A stretch of 38,675 bases of DNA from Chloroflexota bacterium (GCA_022707725.1 JAKJAB010000002.1:1-38675), one strand, 5' to 3'; shown: positions 1 through 9,032, counted from the stretch's first letter. Program-made: numbers and translations. The notes: generated by a model not told the origin, from the sequence alone.

Positions 1-647
1 GACTTCTCCACAACGGCGGGCAACATTTCGTGAATCACCAGGTCCACGTAGGCGTCGGCGCGACCTTTATACTCGGCAGGGACGGCATGCGCGCCAAGAA
101 ACGTCGGCACGAGCGTGGCTGGATGGCTACGGTCGAGCGCCACAATCGCCTCCAACTGCCGCATTTCCGCGCCGGTCTCCAAACCGTAGCCCGTCTTCAC
201 TTCTACGGTCGTCGCGCCGTGGGCCAGCATCCGGTCGAGACGTGGCCACATCGCCGCGACCAACTCCTCCACGGAGGCGTCGCGCGTGGCGCGCACAGTA
301 GACATAATCCCGCCGCCCGCCGCCATGATTTCCATATACGTCGCACCGGCGATGCGCTGCTCGAACTCCGCCGCGCGGTCACCCATCCACACCAGATGCG
401 TGTGCGGATCGACAAAACCGGGGCAGACCACCTTACCGCGTGCATCAATCGCGCGGGCGGCGCGGTACTGACACGCCAGTTCGTGGGTCAGTCCCGCCGC
501 AACCACCCGGCCGGCATGAATCGCCACCGCGCCATCTTCGATAAGGCCCAACTCGCCCAGATGCGCACCCCGTTGCGGACCACCGGCCTGCGGCGGGGTC
601 ACACACAGTTGTCCCGCCGAATGAACAAGCAAGTCTACAGTTTTCAT
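1..647 (-). CDS. hutI: imidazolonepropionase (HutI), N-terminal ~215 aa; the C-terminal part lies beyond the window edge
   Basis: Absent from the ORF track because it has no in-window stop. My reverse translation from the ATG (complement of 645-647) reads MKTVDLLVHSAGQLCV...GKVVCPGFVDPHTHLVWMGDRAAEFEQR...GGGIMSTVRATR...TTVEVKTGYGLE...PTFLGAHAVPAEYKG. The PGFVDPHTH metal motif and the KTGYGL and FLGAHA blocks are typical of HutI amidohydrolases. The 30..740 + ORF is its antisense shadow. Confidence 0.85.
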   Translation of the reverse strand, partial: MKTVDLLVHSAGQLCVTPPQAGGPQRGAHLGELGLIEDGAVAIHAGRVVAAGLTHELACQYRAARAIDARGKVVCPGFVDPHTHLVWMGDRAAEFEQRIAGATYMEIMAAGGGIMSTVRATRDASVEELVAAMWPRLDRMLAHGATTVEVKTGYGLETGAEMRQLEAIVALDRSHPATLVPTFLGAHAVPAEYKGRADAYVDLVIHEMLPAVVEK

Positions 648-698
648 CGCGGTCCTACTTCCTCATACGTAGGAATCATCATTGTGAATTATACACAG

Positions 699-728
699 AA
701 AAGGCCAGGATTAACATCCTGGCCTTTA
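699..728 (-). terminator. intrinsic terminator after the SLT gene
   Basis: Perfect 12-bp stem AAAGGCCAGGAT (700-711), loop TAAC, ATCCTGGCCTTT (716-727). On the minus strand it is followed by TTTTCT. It lies between the SLT stop (799) and the hutI start (647). Confidence 0.7.
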
Positions 729-798
729 AAATCCCTGTGAGATAGAGTTTCACATACAGTCCTGATCGGTGTAAGTCAGGTGTCACAGTTCAGTCAGG

Positions 799-2400
799 TT
801 ACGGCGATTCTATATAGATTCCAACGGAGACTTCCTCTTCCCCGGAGATAACCGTCATCGTCCCGACAAGAGTGGCGAATCGGTCCTGGTGAACCCTAAA
901 GGTCACACAGCCAAACGTAGGACCTTCGACTACCTCATTCTCCCACTTATAGGTATACTCGCACGTCCCCCCGTAGCCTCCGGCGTAGATCACAGCAATC
1001 CAGCCGCCTTCCGGGCTGCGATATTTGTCCATAGGCCAGGCTTCAGCCCGAAACGGACCACCGGGGCACGCGACGGTGGGCGTGGGTGTGGGAGTCAATG
1101 TGGGCGTAGGCGAAGGGGTAAGCGTTGGAATTGGCGTTATCAGCCTCAGGCGATACGCAGAGGCGGGAAGGTGCAACTGCGCCATCTGGGTCCACCCTAG
1201 CACCTGTCCGTCCGTCGAGCCAATGTAGACCCAGTCAGGCATTTCGGGATCGTAACCAAGCAAGCGGACTTTCATGCCCGCCGACAAGATCGCAGTAGGG
1301 TTCCACCACAGTGTAGCGCCTGGACGCAGTTCCACGCCCGCGTCGAGCACGACCGCCTCCAACGCGGCAGCGAGTTCGCCCCCTGGCCTCGGCGTCAGCA
1401 GCAGCACAAAGGTCGGCGTGGGCGAGGGAGGTGCTGTGGATGCCGGCAGGGCCATTGACGCACCTGGCGGCGACGTGGGCGCAGGCGCGGTCGCTATGGG
1501 CGTCGCTGTAAATCGGGGGGTGGGAGTCACCGCGGGTGTAGCGGTAGGCAACAACGTAGCCGTAACCTGCCTGGAAGCAGCACATCCATCCCAGGCGTCC
1601 TGAGTCGCATTATAGAGCCAGATGCCGATGCTACGCGGAGCACCGGTTTCTGCAGATGTAAAACGCGCCACAACAGAAGTCGGCGCTACACCCGGAATAA
1701 GGGGCGTGCCATCCGGCAACGCGTTCGTCTGGCCAAAGTAATAGACATCCGAACGGGCAGAATCGGCCACCCAGATTGGGCCGTGCGTGTAACTACTTTC
1801 TACCGCAATAAAGGCGATCCAGCGCCCAGTCGTTCCACAGCGGGAGGCCAGCGCATGCGCATAATCTCGCAGGATGGTCGTGGCAAAAGTACGGGGCCGG
1901 CGATAGTCGGTTTGCTCCCATCCGCCGTTGTAAGCCGCCAAAGCGTTGAAAACATCGCCATTGCCCTGTTGGATGATAATCGACAGGGTGCGCGTGCCCC
2001 AGAAGAGATTCGCGGCGGGATCAAGGAGGGCTTCTTTCGAAGGTCGCCAGGAGAAGCCAGACTCCTTGGGCATGATCTGCATCAAGCCGACAGAACCGCC
2101 CGGCCCAATGGCATTTGGATCGCCGCGGGATTCGCGCCAGACCAAAGAAGCCACAAAGTCAGGATCCAGGCTGCGCCGGTTGGCTTCCTGCACGATCAGG
2201 GTTTCCCAACGCAAAATTCTGGCGCTCCAATAGGATGACAAAACAGGGGTATCGGAAGACGGTTCGGAGGCAGGCGCTAGTTTCTGAACTGCCAGTTTTG
2301 GGAAATAGAAAGCCCCTACCTGTCCAACGAGCAGGCCAGCCAACACGCCACCCACCGCGAGCGCCGTAACGATCTGGCGCTGTAAGGGTTTTATCACCAC
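799..2400 (-). CDS. membrane-anchored lytic transglycosylase (SLT domain) with Pro/Thr linkers and C-terminal beta-rich domains
   Basis: N-terminal TM segment (VTALAVGGVLAGLLVGQV). SLT signature VWRESRGDPNAIGPGGSVGLMQIMP with a catalytic Glu, and AAYNGG. TPTPTLTPTPTPT-type linkers. GTG start preceded by AGGAGA. Confidence 0.8.
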   Translation of the reverse strand: MVIKPLQRQIVTALAVGGVLAGLLVGQVGAFYFPKLAVQKLAPASEPSSDTPVLSSYWSARILRWETLIVQEANRRSLDPDFVASLVWRESRGDPNAIGPGGSVGLMQIMPKESGFSWRPSKEALLDPAANLFWGTRTLSIIIQQGNGDVFNALAAYNGGWEQTDYRRPRTFATTILRDYAHALASRCGTTGRWIAFIAVESSYTHGPIWVADSARSDVYYFGQTNALPDGTPLIPGVAPTSVVARFTSAETGAPRSIGIWLYNATQDAWDGCAASRQVTATLLPTATPAVTPTPRFTATPIATAPAPTSPPGASMALPASTAPPSPTPTFVLLLTPRPGGELAAALEAVVLDAGVELRPGATLWWNPTAILSAGMKVRLLGYDPEMPDWVYIGSTDGQVLGWTQMAQLHLPASAYRLRLITPIPTLTPSPTPTLTPTPTPTVACPGGPFRAEAWPMDKYRSPEGGWIAVIYAGGYGGTCEYTYKWENEVVEGPTFGCVTFRVHQDRFATLVGTMTVISGEEEVSVGIYIESP

Positions 2401-2468
2401 ACCATCTCCTGCTGAATTATGCCTCTCCTCGATAATCTATCCCGAATATAGGAGATTTCGGTAATTTG

Positions 2469-3698
2469 TCAAGCTTCGGTATCTTCAGCAAAAATCGCCT
2501 GTGCCTCTGCCAGATAGGGTGCAATTTCTGCATCCGGCTTCCCCTTGGACTGTAAATAGCGTTCGAGAAGGTGTAGCGGGGTCATTGCGTCTGGTTCCAG
2601 GCCATCGAGACGATCCCGAGCAGTCCGCTCCACATCGCGGTTGATCTGCGCGAAGAAGGCTTCGGTCAGCAGCGGGGAGAGATCGGCATCCCGCAAGCGT
2701 GGCTCCTGTTCCGGTGTCATCTGCACGACCAGCCTGGCGACGGCTCCGATCAGGTCACAACCGGCGATAGCGCGCTCGATGGCACGCAGGGGATGAGCTT
2801 CGTAACGCACATCCGCGCGGATGGTGATAAAAGGGCGCGCCTGAACTTCGACATACTGCCATGTCGTCGCTCCACGCTGCACTTCGACCCAACAGAATCC
2901 TTTGGGTTGTTTCTCCTCGCCGAAGTCGACCCGCTCCAGACTGCCTGCATAAACAACCGGCGGCATATTCCCGCTGTTGAGATCTTGATGCTGGTGAATA
3001 TGCCCAAGGGCGACATAATCCCACGCCGGATCGGTCAGCGCCGACACGGGGATGGCAACATCGCGGCCGATCATGATGCTGCGCTCCGACCCCCAATGCG
3101 CGCTATCGACCGAGAAATGCCCGGTCAGTACCGCCGGTATCTGGGAATCGAGCCGCGCCGCAAAACCCGCGATCAAACTGACGACGGTCTCGCTGACAGC
3201 GCGATCCAGTGCTTCCTGGCGCATCTGGCGGAACTGCTCGCGGGTGAGCAGGCGTTGGCGTACCGGGTACGGGATCGTAGCGAGTTGTAGCGGGCCGTGA
3301 CGCGTCTCAAAACGCAGCAGGTCGGGGCGCGCAGCGACGGTCACATAAGGCACATCGAGGGTGGCGAAAATCTCGATACTGGACGCTCGTTGCTCCATCA
3401 CCGGCACGTCGTGGTTGCCCACCAGCAGCACGGTGGGAATCTCCGCCCGCGACAGGCGATGAATGCGTTGCGCAAACTCGCGCTGATGGGTGGGGTTGGG
3501 ATTGCGGGTGCGAAAGGCGTCGCCGGCGAAGAGCACCACATCGGCCGCGTGGTCGATGGCGTACGCCACAACCGTGTCCAGCCGCTCCAAAAAGTCCGCC
3601 ACGCGCCGGTTCAGACCCGATTCAGGGTCCAATCGTCCGTAGTTTTCCATGCCGATGTGCAAATCGGCGAAATGCAGGATGCGTATTGGTTCAGCCAT
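2469..3698 (-). CDS. sbcD: Mre11/SbcD-family DNA repair exonuclease (calcineurin-like metallophosphoesterase)
   Basis: From Met48 of the tracked ORF: MAEPIRILHFADLHIG...VLFAGDAFRTRNP...LLVGNHD...LTGHF...ALGHIHQHQ, the full phosphoesterase motif set of SbcD/Mre11. The start at 3698 avoids overlap with the upstream gene, which ends at 3766. Confidence 0.85.
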   Translation of the reverse strand: MAEPIRILHFADLHIGMENYGRLDPESGLNRRVADFLERLDTVVAYAIDHAADVVLFAGDAFRTRNPNPTHQREFAQRIHRLSRAEIPTVLLVGNHDVPVMEQRASSIEIFATLDVPYVTVAARPDLLRFETRHGPLQLATIPYPVRQRLLTREQFRQMRQEALDRAVSETVVSLIAGFAARLDSQIPAVLTGHFSVDSAHWGSERSIMIGRDVAIPVSALTDPAWDYVALGHIHQHQDLNSGNMPPVVYAGSLERVDFGEEKQPKGFCWVEVQRGATTWQYVEVQARPFITIRADVRYEAHPLRAIERAIAGCDLIGAVARLVVQMTPEQEPRLRDADLSPLLTEAFFAQINRDVERTARDRLDGLEPDAMTPLHLLERYLQSKGKPDAEIAPYLAEAQAIFAEDTEA

Positions 3699-3765
3699 AA
3701 AAAACCTCAAAAATGACATACATTGATGATGCGTGAAAAGCCCCACACGTATCACGTATCGCAGG

Positions 3766-5841
3766 TCACGGAAGATCAAGGACACCCCAGACACAGATTT
3801 CACCGCTGGCGGAGCCGATGAAAGCAACGCCGGAGGCATCCAATACGAGCGCGGTTATGGCCTCGTTAGTAACGCGCAGGCGATGCATAGTCAGGTTCGC
3901 GTCAACAAAAAGTAGATCGCCGGCCGTTGTCCCACCAAGGATAGGGAACTTATCTCCCCCACTTTCTCCCCCAATGGGGGGAATGTAAGGGGGGGACGTC
4001 CACAGCAAGGTCGAGAGCGTGCCGTCAAGCGCCGGTCGGCGTTGACGCACTTTTACCCCCTGCGCCAGGTTCCACAACATCCACTGCCCGGTCTCGTCAA
4101 CAGATAAGGCGTAGTCGCCCTGCGGGGCAAAGGCGATGAAGCGCACTGGCGCGCTATGGCCTTCCAACACGGCGAGTTCTGTGCCGGCGGTCAAATCCCA
4201 CAGGCGAACTACGCCATCGACGGAACCCGAAAGCGCGCGCGGCGGTGAAGGATGTGTTGCCAATGCCGTCACCGGACTCTCCGAGGCAGGCAACAGCCAC
4301 ACCAGCCCGCCAGTCTCCGGCTTCACGACCCACAGATAGCCATTCTCCAGTCCTAGCACCAGTTGCGATACGCCATCGACGTAAGCCAGCGTTTGAATAC
4401 GCGAAAAGGTTGAAACCCGACTGCGCAACACGCGCGTCCACGATGGAAACGCATACACGTACAGATCGCGCTCTTGCGCCACAGCGATTTGCCCGTCAGA
4501 GCTTGCGAGCGCAAAAACGGCAGGCGGCAGCGCATTGGCGACCCGCGTGACCTGGGCCAGCGCCGGATAACTGTGGCGTAACGTGGTCGTGGACTGTAGA
4601 GCGCGCACTTCACCGTTGACGGTATCCAGCGCTAAAACCGGCTCCGGCGCAGTCTGATAGCAGCCGAGTAGCCTGGCATTTGTGGCAAACGGCTCACCTG
4701 GTGTCGGCACAGGCGTACCGGCAGCCACCGGCCAGTAATAGGGCGTCGGCGTCAACGTCGGTGTGTTGGTGAAGGTAGGCCAAGGGGTGGGTGTTGCACC
4801 GATGGCCAGCGCCGGACGTATCGTCGTCAGCGGGGCGAAGACAGATACCGGATAGAACTGCGCGACGCTCCACAAGGCTGCCAACACCCCAACCACGACA
4901 AAAAGCTTGGCAGGCCAGCCCTCGAAAATCAACACGAGCCACGTCAGGCCGAGCGCCAGCGCCAATATCCCGCCGATCAGAAACATTGGTCCCAGCACAT
5001 GCAGCAGCGCGCGCCATGATGCGGCAAACAGTCCCAGCGTCGCAGCGGAAAAAGGTCGGCCGAACAATGCCCGGAAATCCGGTGACGGAAACACTTCCAA
5101 AATGGCCAGCAGTCCGACCACGCCAACGATCAAACCAGAAGTGAGCAAAGGCACACTGATGCAGACCCACCGCTTGCGGTCGGGCACCAGCAAAGTGGCG
5201 AAGAGTGCCAGCACCAACACCAACAACGGCGCATACCACACCCAGCGCAACCACGGCGGAGGTTCGGGCCACGCGGCGCTGAGGTTCGTTTCAGCCTCGG
5301 CAAACAGGGCGACAAGATCGGCAACATAAGCCTGCCACCATGCTTGCTGTCGCTGTCCTACAGCAGAATGTGCGCCGGGATCGACGGGGATGCAGTAGCG
5401 CGTATCAGCTCCCTCACAGGACGGCAGCGCACGCCACAGCCAATCGCGCAACAGTTCGCCTTGCGCGCCGGTCAGGTACTGTTCCACGGCGGGCGTTAAA
5501 CGCCCCGGAGGTGGCGCCTCGTCGAGCGCCCAGGCTGTCCAGGCTGGCCCCAGGCGCATCACTGCCGGCTCGACATCCACAGTCGCCAATGCTGCATCGA
5601 ACAGTGCGCGCAGCGTCTCCGGCTCGCGCGAAACCCACGGTGGCCATAGTTCAGTGGGAATTTGTCGCGGCAGATCTACAGCAAGTGCAGCGCTAGCCCG
5701 TGAAACGAAATCGCTCTCACGCAGCCAGCGCTGATAGAAAACCGGATTCAACAACGCATAGCGCGCCAGCCACGTCGTGAGCGCAAAGACACTCACCAAC
5801 GATGCGAGCAGACTCAGGAATAGCGCGATACGCAGTTTCAT
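3766..5841 (-). CDS. polytopic membrane protein with a C-terminal WD40 beta-propeller
   Basis: N-terminal half holds several hydrophobic helices, followed by a TPTPWPTFTNTPTLTPTP linker. C-terminal half has WD-like repeat ends (VRLWDL, WMLWNL, ICVWGV). Start taken at ATG 5841 (MKLRIALFLSLL); the tracked 5853 start is a TTG inside the heptamer repeat. Confidence 0.8.
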   Translation of the reverse strand: MKLRIALFLSLLASLVSVFALTTWLARYALLNPVFYQRWLRESDFVSRASAALAVDLPRQIPTELWPPWVSREPETLRALFDAALATVDVEPAVMRLGPAWTAWALDEAPPPGRLTPAVEQYLTGAQGELLRDWLWRALPSCEGADTRYCIPVDPGAHSAVGQRQQAWWQAYVADLVALFAEAETNLSAAWPEPPPWLRWVWYAPLLVLVLALFATLLVPDRKRWVCISVPLLTSGLIVGVVGLLAILEVFPSPDFRALFGRPFSAATLGLFAASWRALLHVLGPMFLIGGILALALGLTWLVLIFEGWPAKLFVVVGVLAALWSVAQFYPVSVFAPLTTIRPALAIGATPTPWPTFTNTPTLTPTPYYWPVAAGTPVPTPGEPFATNARLLGCYQTAPEPVLALDTVNGEVRALQSTTTLRHSYPALAQVTRVANALPPAVFALASSDGQIAVAQERDLYVYAFPSWTRVLRSRVSTFSRIQTLAYVDGVSQLVLGLENGYLWVVKPETGGLVWLLPASESPVTALATHPSPPRALSGSVDGVVRLWDLTAGTELAVLEGHSAPVRFIAFAPQGDYALSVDETGQWMLWNLAQGVKVRQRRPALDGTLSTLLWTSPPYIPPIGGESGGDKFPILGGTTAGDLLFVDANLTMHRLRVTNEAITALVLDASGVAFIGSASGEICVWGVLDLP

Positions 5842-5843
5842 AA

Positions 5844-5913
5844 CAAATGGCAAATGGCGAATAGTGAATCACGAATTACCTGAAGTTCGTGAAGATTCGC
5901 GTAATTCGCGGCT
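5844..5913. repeat. heptamer-word array folding into a long imperfect hairpin (dcd / WD40 intergenic)
   Basis: Read in 7-nt steps: CAAATGG CAAATGG CGAATAG TGAATCA CGAATTA, then inverted ATTCG-containing words. Pairings are GCGAAT(5857-62)/ATTCGC(5904-09), GAAT(5866-69)/ATTC(5895-98) and CACGAA(5870-75)/TTCGTG(5886-91). Confidence 0.75.
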
Positions 5914-5919
5914 AAAACG

Positions 5920-6480
5920 CTACAACCGTGGAAGTACGACGCCCTGCTGACCCTGGTATTTGCCCTTCTTGTCGGCGTAGGAAATTTCACACGGCTCGTC
6001 GCCTTCGAAAAACAACACCTGCGCGATGCCTTCATTGGCGTAGATTTTCGCCGGGAGCGGCGTCGTGTTGCTGATCTCGATGGTGATAAAGCCATGCCAA
6101 CCCGGTTCCAAAGGCGTGAAGTTCGTCACGATGCCGCAGCGCGCGTAAGTCGATTTGCCCAGGACGGCCCCTAGCACGTTGCGCGGCATGCGCATATATT
6201 CGAGGCTGCGGGCCAGGGCGAAGGAGTTGGGCGGGATGATGCAGATGTCGCCCGTGAAATCGACCATCGCGCGTATATCGATGTTCTTGGGATCGACAAC
6301 CGCCAGGTCCCCCACCCCGGAGGTGAAGACCTTGAACTCGTTGGCGACGCGGATGTCGTAGCCATACGAGGACAGGCCATAAGAGATCACGCCGTTGCGC
6401 TTTTGCCCATCGAAAAACGGATCGATCATTTGATGTTCCAACGCCATTTTACGAATCCAGTGGTCAGGTTTGAGTCCCAT
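5920..6480 (-). CDS. dcd: dCTP deaminase
   Basis: 186 aa. MGLKPDHWI...SYGYDIRV...[19 protein letters not shown]...[10 protein letters not shown]...[17 protein letters not shown] matches canonical Dcd over its full length. AAGGAG sits 5 nt upstream of the ATG. Confidence 0.95.
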   Translation of the reverse strand: MGLKPDHWIRKMALEHQMIDPFFDGQKRNGVISYGLSSYGYDIRVANEFKVFTSGVGDLAVVDPKNIDIRAMVDFTGDICIIPPNSFALARSLEYMRMPRNVLGAVLGKSTYARCGIVTNFTPLEPGWHGFITIEISNTTPLPAKIYANEGIAQVLFFEGDEPCEISYADKKGKYQGQQGVVLPRL

Positions 6481-6502
6481 GATAGCTCCTTGGAGATAGA
6501 CG

Positions 6503-6563
6503 GTGGACAGTAGACGGTAGACGGGAGCAAGCCCTGTCTACAGTCTACCGTCTACTGTCTACT
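6503..6563. repeat. inverted heptamer array / strong hairpin between the argS stop and the dcd start
   Basis: GTGGACA GTAGACG GTAGACG GGAGCAA GCCCTGT CTACAGT CTACCGT CTACTGT CTACTAG. Perfect 17-bp inverted repeat GACAGTAGACGGTAGAC (6506-6522) / GTCTACCGTCTACTGTC (6543-6559) with a 20-nt loop. No clear U-tract. Confidence 0.8.
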
Positions 6564-6567
6564 AGAA

Positions 6568-8286
6568 TTACATACGTTCGGGTGCGTCCATCCCCATGAG
6601 ATGCAGGGCGCGGGCGAGGACGTGCTGCGCGGCGCGGGCCAGCATCAGCCGGGCTTGGGTGAGCGCCGCATCTTCGGGCAACGTCGAAACGATGCGGCAG
6701 TCACGGTAGAAAGCATGGAACAGCGACGCCAGCTCGGTCGCGTAGAATGTCAGGTAATGCGGCGCCATGCTGTTCGCTGCCAACGTAATGACTTCGGGCA
6801 GCGCCAGCATTTTGCGGATGAGCGCCAGCTCGCTCGGATGCGTGAGCAGGGCGGGGTCGCCGGGCACGTCGAGGGCACAGCCCTCCTCGGCGGCCTTGCG
6901 CAGTACCCCGGCGATGCGCGTGTGCGCATACTGCACGTAGTAGACGGGATTACGGTCCGATTGCTCCACCGCCAGGTCGAGGTCGAAATCCAGCGTGACG
7001 TCCACGGTACGCGTGAGCATCATAAAGCGGATCGGATCCGGTCCGACTTCATCCACCAACTCGCGCAGGGTGACGAACTCGCCGGAGCTTTTGGACATAC
7101 GCACTTCCTGACCACCACGCAGCAGCGTCACCATCTGGTAGAGGATAAACACCAGCCGGTCGACATCGACACCGAGCGCTCGCGCTGCCGCCTGGACGCG
7201 CGGCACATCGCCGTGGTGATCGGCGCCCCACACGTAAATCGCCTTGTCGAAGCCGCGTTCGACGGCCTTGTTCCACAGATAGGGGATGTCCGATGCCAGA
7301 TACGTCGGGCGATCCTCCGGATCGGGAATGACTTGCGGCGAGCGGATAAGCACAGCATCCTTTTCCAGGTCAGGATGCCGGAACCAGGTGGCGCCAGCGT
7401 ATTCGATGACGTAGCCGCCGTCACGGAGCTTCGCCATCATCGCATCGAACAGCCCGCTTTCGTAGAGCGATTTCTCGCTGAACCAGCTATCGAAGTGCAC
7501 GCGTAACTGCGCCAGATCATCGCGCACGCCATCGAGAATACGAGCAATGCCCCACAGACCGAGCGCGCGGACGGCCACATCGCGTTCCTGCGTAAGATAT
7601 CGGTCTCCAAACGCCTCACGCGCGCATTGCGCCAGCTCTGTCACGTAAGCCCCGGGATAGCCCTGCTCCGGGAACGGGACGTCCAAACCAAACAGAATGG
7701 CGTAGCGGGCATAGATGCTCGCGCCGAAGTTGCGAACTTTGGAACCGGCGTCGTTGACGTAATACTCGCGTTCCACGGCATAGCCCGCAGCATCCAGCAC
7801 GGAGGCCAGCGTATCGCCGATAACGGCGTTACGCGCCGATCCAATCGTGATCGGCCCGGTGGGATTGGCGCTGACGAACTCGACCTGCGCGCGTTGGCCC
7901 GCGCCCAGAGCAACGTTCCCCCACGCTTCTCCGGCTTCAAGGATGACGGGAGCTTGCTGAGCCACCCAGTCCGTCGAAAGCGTAAAGTTGAGATAACCTG
8001 GCGGCGCGACTTCGACGTCTGCGACGAAATCAGCAGAAGGGATGTGCTGCGCGACAGCCTGTGCGATCTGCAGGGGCGCGCGGCGGAGCACTTTCGCCAG
8101 TCCCATGCACACCGGAGAAGCGTAATCGCCGTGCGCCTCGTGGCGGCTCTGATCGACGGCGATAACATCAGGAATATCGAAAGGCGGCAAAGCACCGGTA
8201 GCCTGGACATTCCGCAGTCCTGCGCGGAGGAGTTCGGCGATTTGCTCACGCAGCGGGACAGTAACAAAGGTCTGCTGATGCGTCAT
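6568..8286 (-). CDS. argS: arginine--tRNA ligase
   Basis: Full-length ArgRS architecture: VEFVSANPTGP... block, RMSKSSGEFVTL (KMSKS-like) and the YYVQYAHTRIAGVL anticodon-binding (DALR) block. Start at ATG 8286 (MTHQQ) overlaps the upstream stop as ATGA. Confidence 0.93.
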   Translation of the reverse strand: MTHQQTFVTVPLREQIAELLRAGLRNVQATGALPPFDIPDVIAVDQSRHEAHGDYASPVCMGLAKVLRRAPLQIAQAVAQHIPSADFVADVEVAPPGYLNFTLSTDWVAQQAPVILEAGEAWGNVALGAGQRAQVEFVSANPTGPITIGSARNAVIGDTLASVLDAAGYAVEREYYVNDAGSKVRNFGASIYARYAILFGLDVPFPEQGYPGAYVTELAQCAREAFGDRYLTQERDVAVRALGLWGIARILDGVRDDLAQLRVHFDSWFSEKSLYESGLFDAMMAKLRDGGYVIEYAGATWFRHPDLEKDAVLIRSPQVIPDPEDRPTYLASDIPYLWNKAVERGFDKAIYVWGADHHGDVPRVQAAARALGVDVDRLVFILYQMVTLLRGGQEVRMSKSSGEFVTLRELVDEVGPDPIRFMMLTRTVDVTLDFDLDLAVEQSDRNPVYYVQYAHTRIAGVLRKAAEEGCALDVPGDPALLTHPSELALIRKMLALPEVITLAANSMAPHYLTFYATELASLFHAFYRDCRIVSTLPEDAALTQARLMLARAAQHVLARALHLMGMDAPERM

Positions 8287-9017
8287 ACACATTTCTCCAA
8301 GAAGTAGGGTAGTTGCTTGCGCCACCAGGGCCAGTCGTGAGCCACATCCAAACCCCAATAGTCGAACAAGGCGGGAACATCCAGATCACGCAGGGCGGCT
8401 TCCAGCGCGCGCGTTTCACGCAAGCTGTCTTCCTCCCACGCACCTTGCCCCACACAAATGACGATGCGGCTTTGCCGAAATTGCTCCAGAAACGTGGAGT
8501 CGGTCAGATGCGGCAGATAGCACAATGGGAAGTTAAAATAAACGGCGTCATCCATATAATTTCCGACAAAGTACTCCGGTCCGTACATGCCGCTCAACGC
8601 GACCACACCGTCAAAACGATCCGGATGTTTGAAGAAAAAGTTGGCCGCGTGATAGGCACCCATACTGCACCCGACCGTCATATACTTTCCATGATAACCG
8701 CTGTGCTCACGTATAAACGGCAGCGTTTCCTGAATCACGTAATCCTCGTACTGTTCGTGACGCATACCGCGATCGCCAGGATACATCCAGTGCGCCAGCC
8801 ACGCCTCGCAATCGATGCTATCGAGCGCATACAGTCGCACCCGACCGGCCTCGACGAACGAGGCAATAGCATCGACCATGCCAAAATCCTCGAATTCGTA
8901 AAAGCGCCCACAGGCTGAAGGGAAAATCACCACCGGTTTGCCGGCATGACCGTAGACTTTGAATTCCATATCCTGACCAAGACGACGACTCAACAGTTTA
9001 TAATACTCGACATTCAT
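8283..9017 (-). CDS. alpha/beta-hydrolase, 'putative esterase' family (esterase D/Fes-like)
   Basis: 244 aa. Nucleophile elbow GCSMGAYHA, and a layout typical of the PF00756-type esterase family as I recall it. GGAGG lies upstream of the ATG. The stop overlaps the argS start. Confidence 0.75.
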   Translation of the reverse strand: MNVEYYKLLSRRLGQDMEFKVYGHAGKPVVIFPSACGRFYEFEDFGMVDAIASFVEAGRVRLYALDSIDCEAWLAHWMYPGDRGMRHEQYEDYVIQETLPFIREHSGYHGKYMTVGCSMGAYHAANFFFKHPDRFDGVVALSGMYGPEYFVGNYMDDAVYFNFPLCYLPHLTDSTFLEQFRQSRIVICVGQGAWEEDSLRETRALEAALRDLDVPALFDYWGLDVAHDWPWWRKQLPYFLEKCV

Positions 9018-9032
9018 AGATCCTCCACACCC

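Noticed and set aside
30-740. 236-aa + strand ORF at the window start
   Set aside because: It is Arg/His/Gly-rich with no recognisable family. The opposite strand translates cleanly into HutI with its metal-binding motifs, so this is a typical antisense shadow ORF of GC-rich DNA.
2469-3839. N-terminal extensions in the ORF track (sbcD to 3839, yajC to 25576, argS to 8358, aminotransferase from 19974, trmD from 37083, ACD from 28399)
   Set aside because: The extensions lack homology to the respective families, overlap neighbouring genes or regulatory hairpins, and internal Met/GTG codons with good SD sequences start exactly where family similarity begins.
3940-4000. C/G homopolymer runs (up to 7 nt) inside the WD40 gene as a phase-variation tract
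   Set aside because: They encode consecutive Pro/Gly codons (SPPYIPPIGGESGG) in frame. There is no evidence of frameshifting, and a single 7-nt run is too short to call a contingency locus.
5920-6480. dCTP deaminase as an anti-phage nucleotide-depletion defence gene
   Set aside because: It is a 186-aa canonical Dcd with no extra kinase or N-terminal domain, and it is embedded among housekeeping genes next to argS. The defence-type enzymes I know of are larger fusion proteins.
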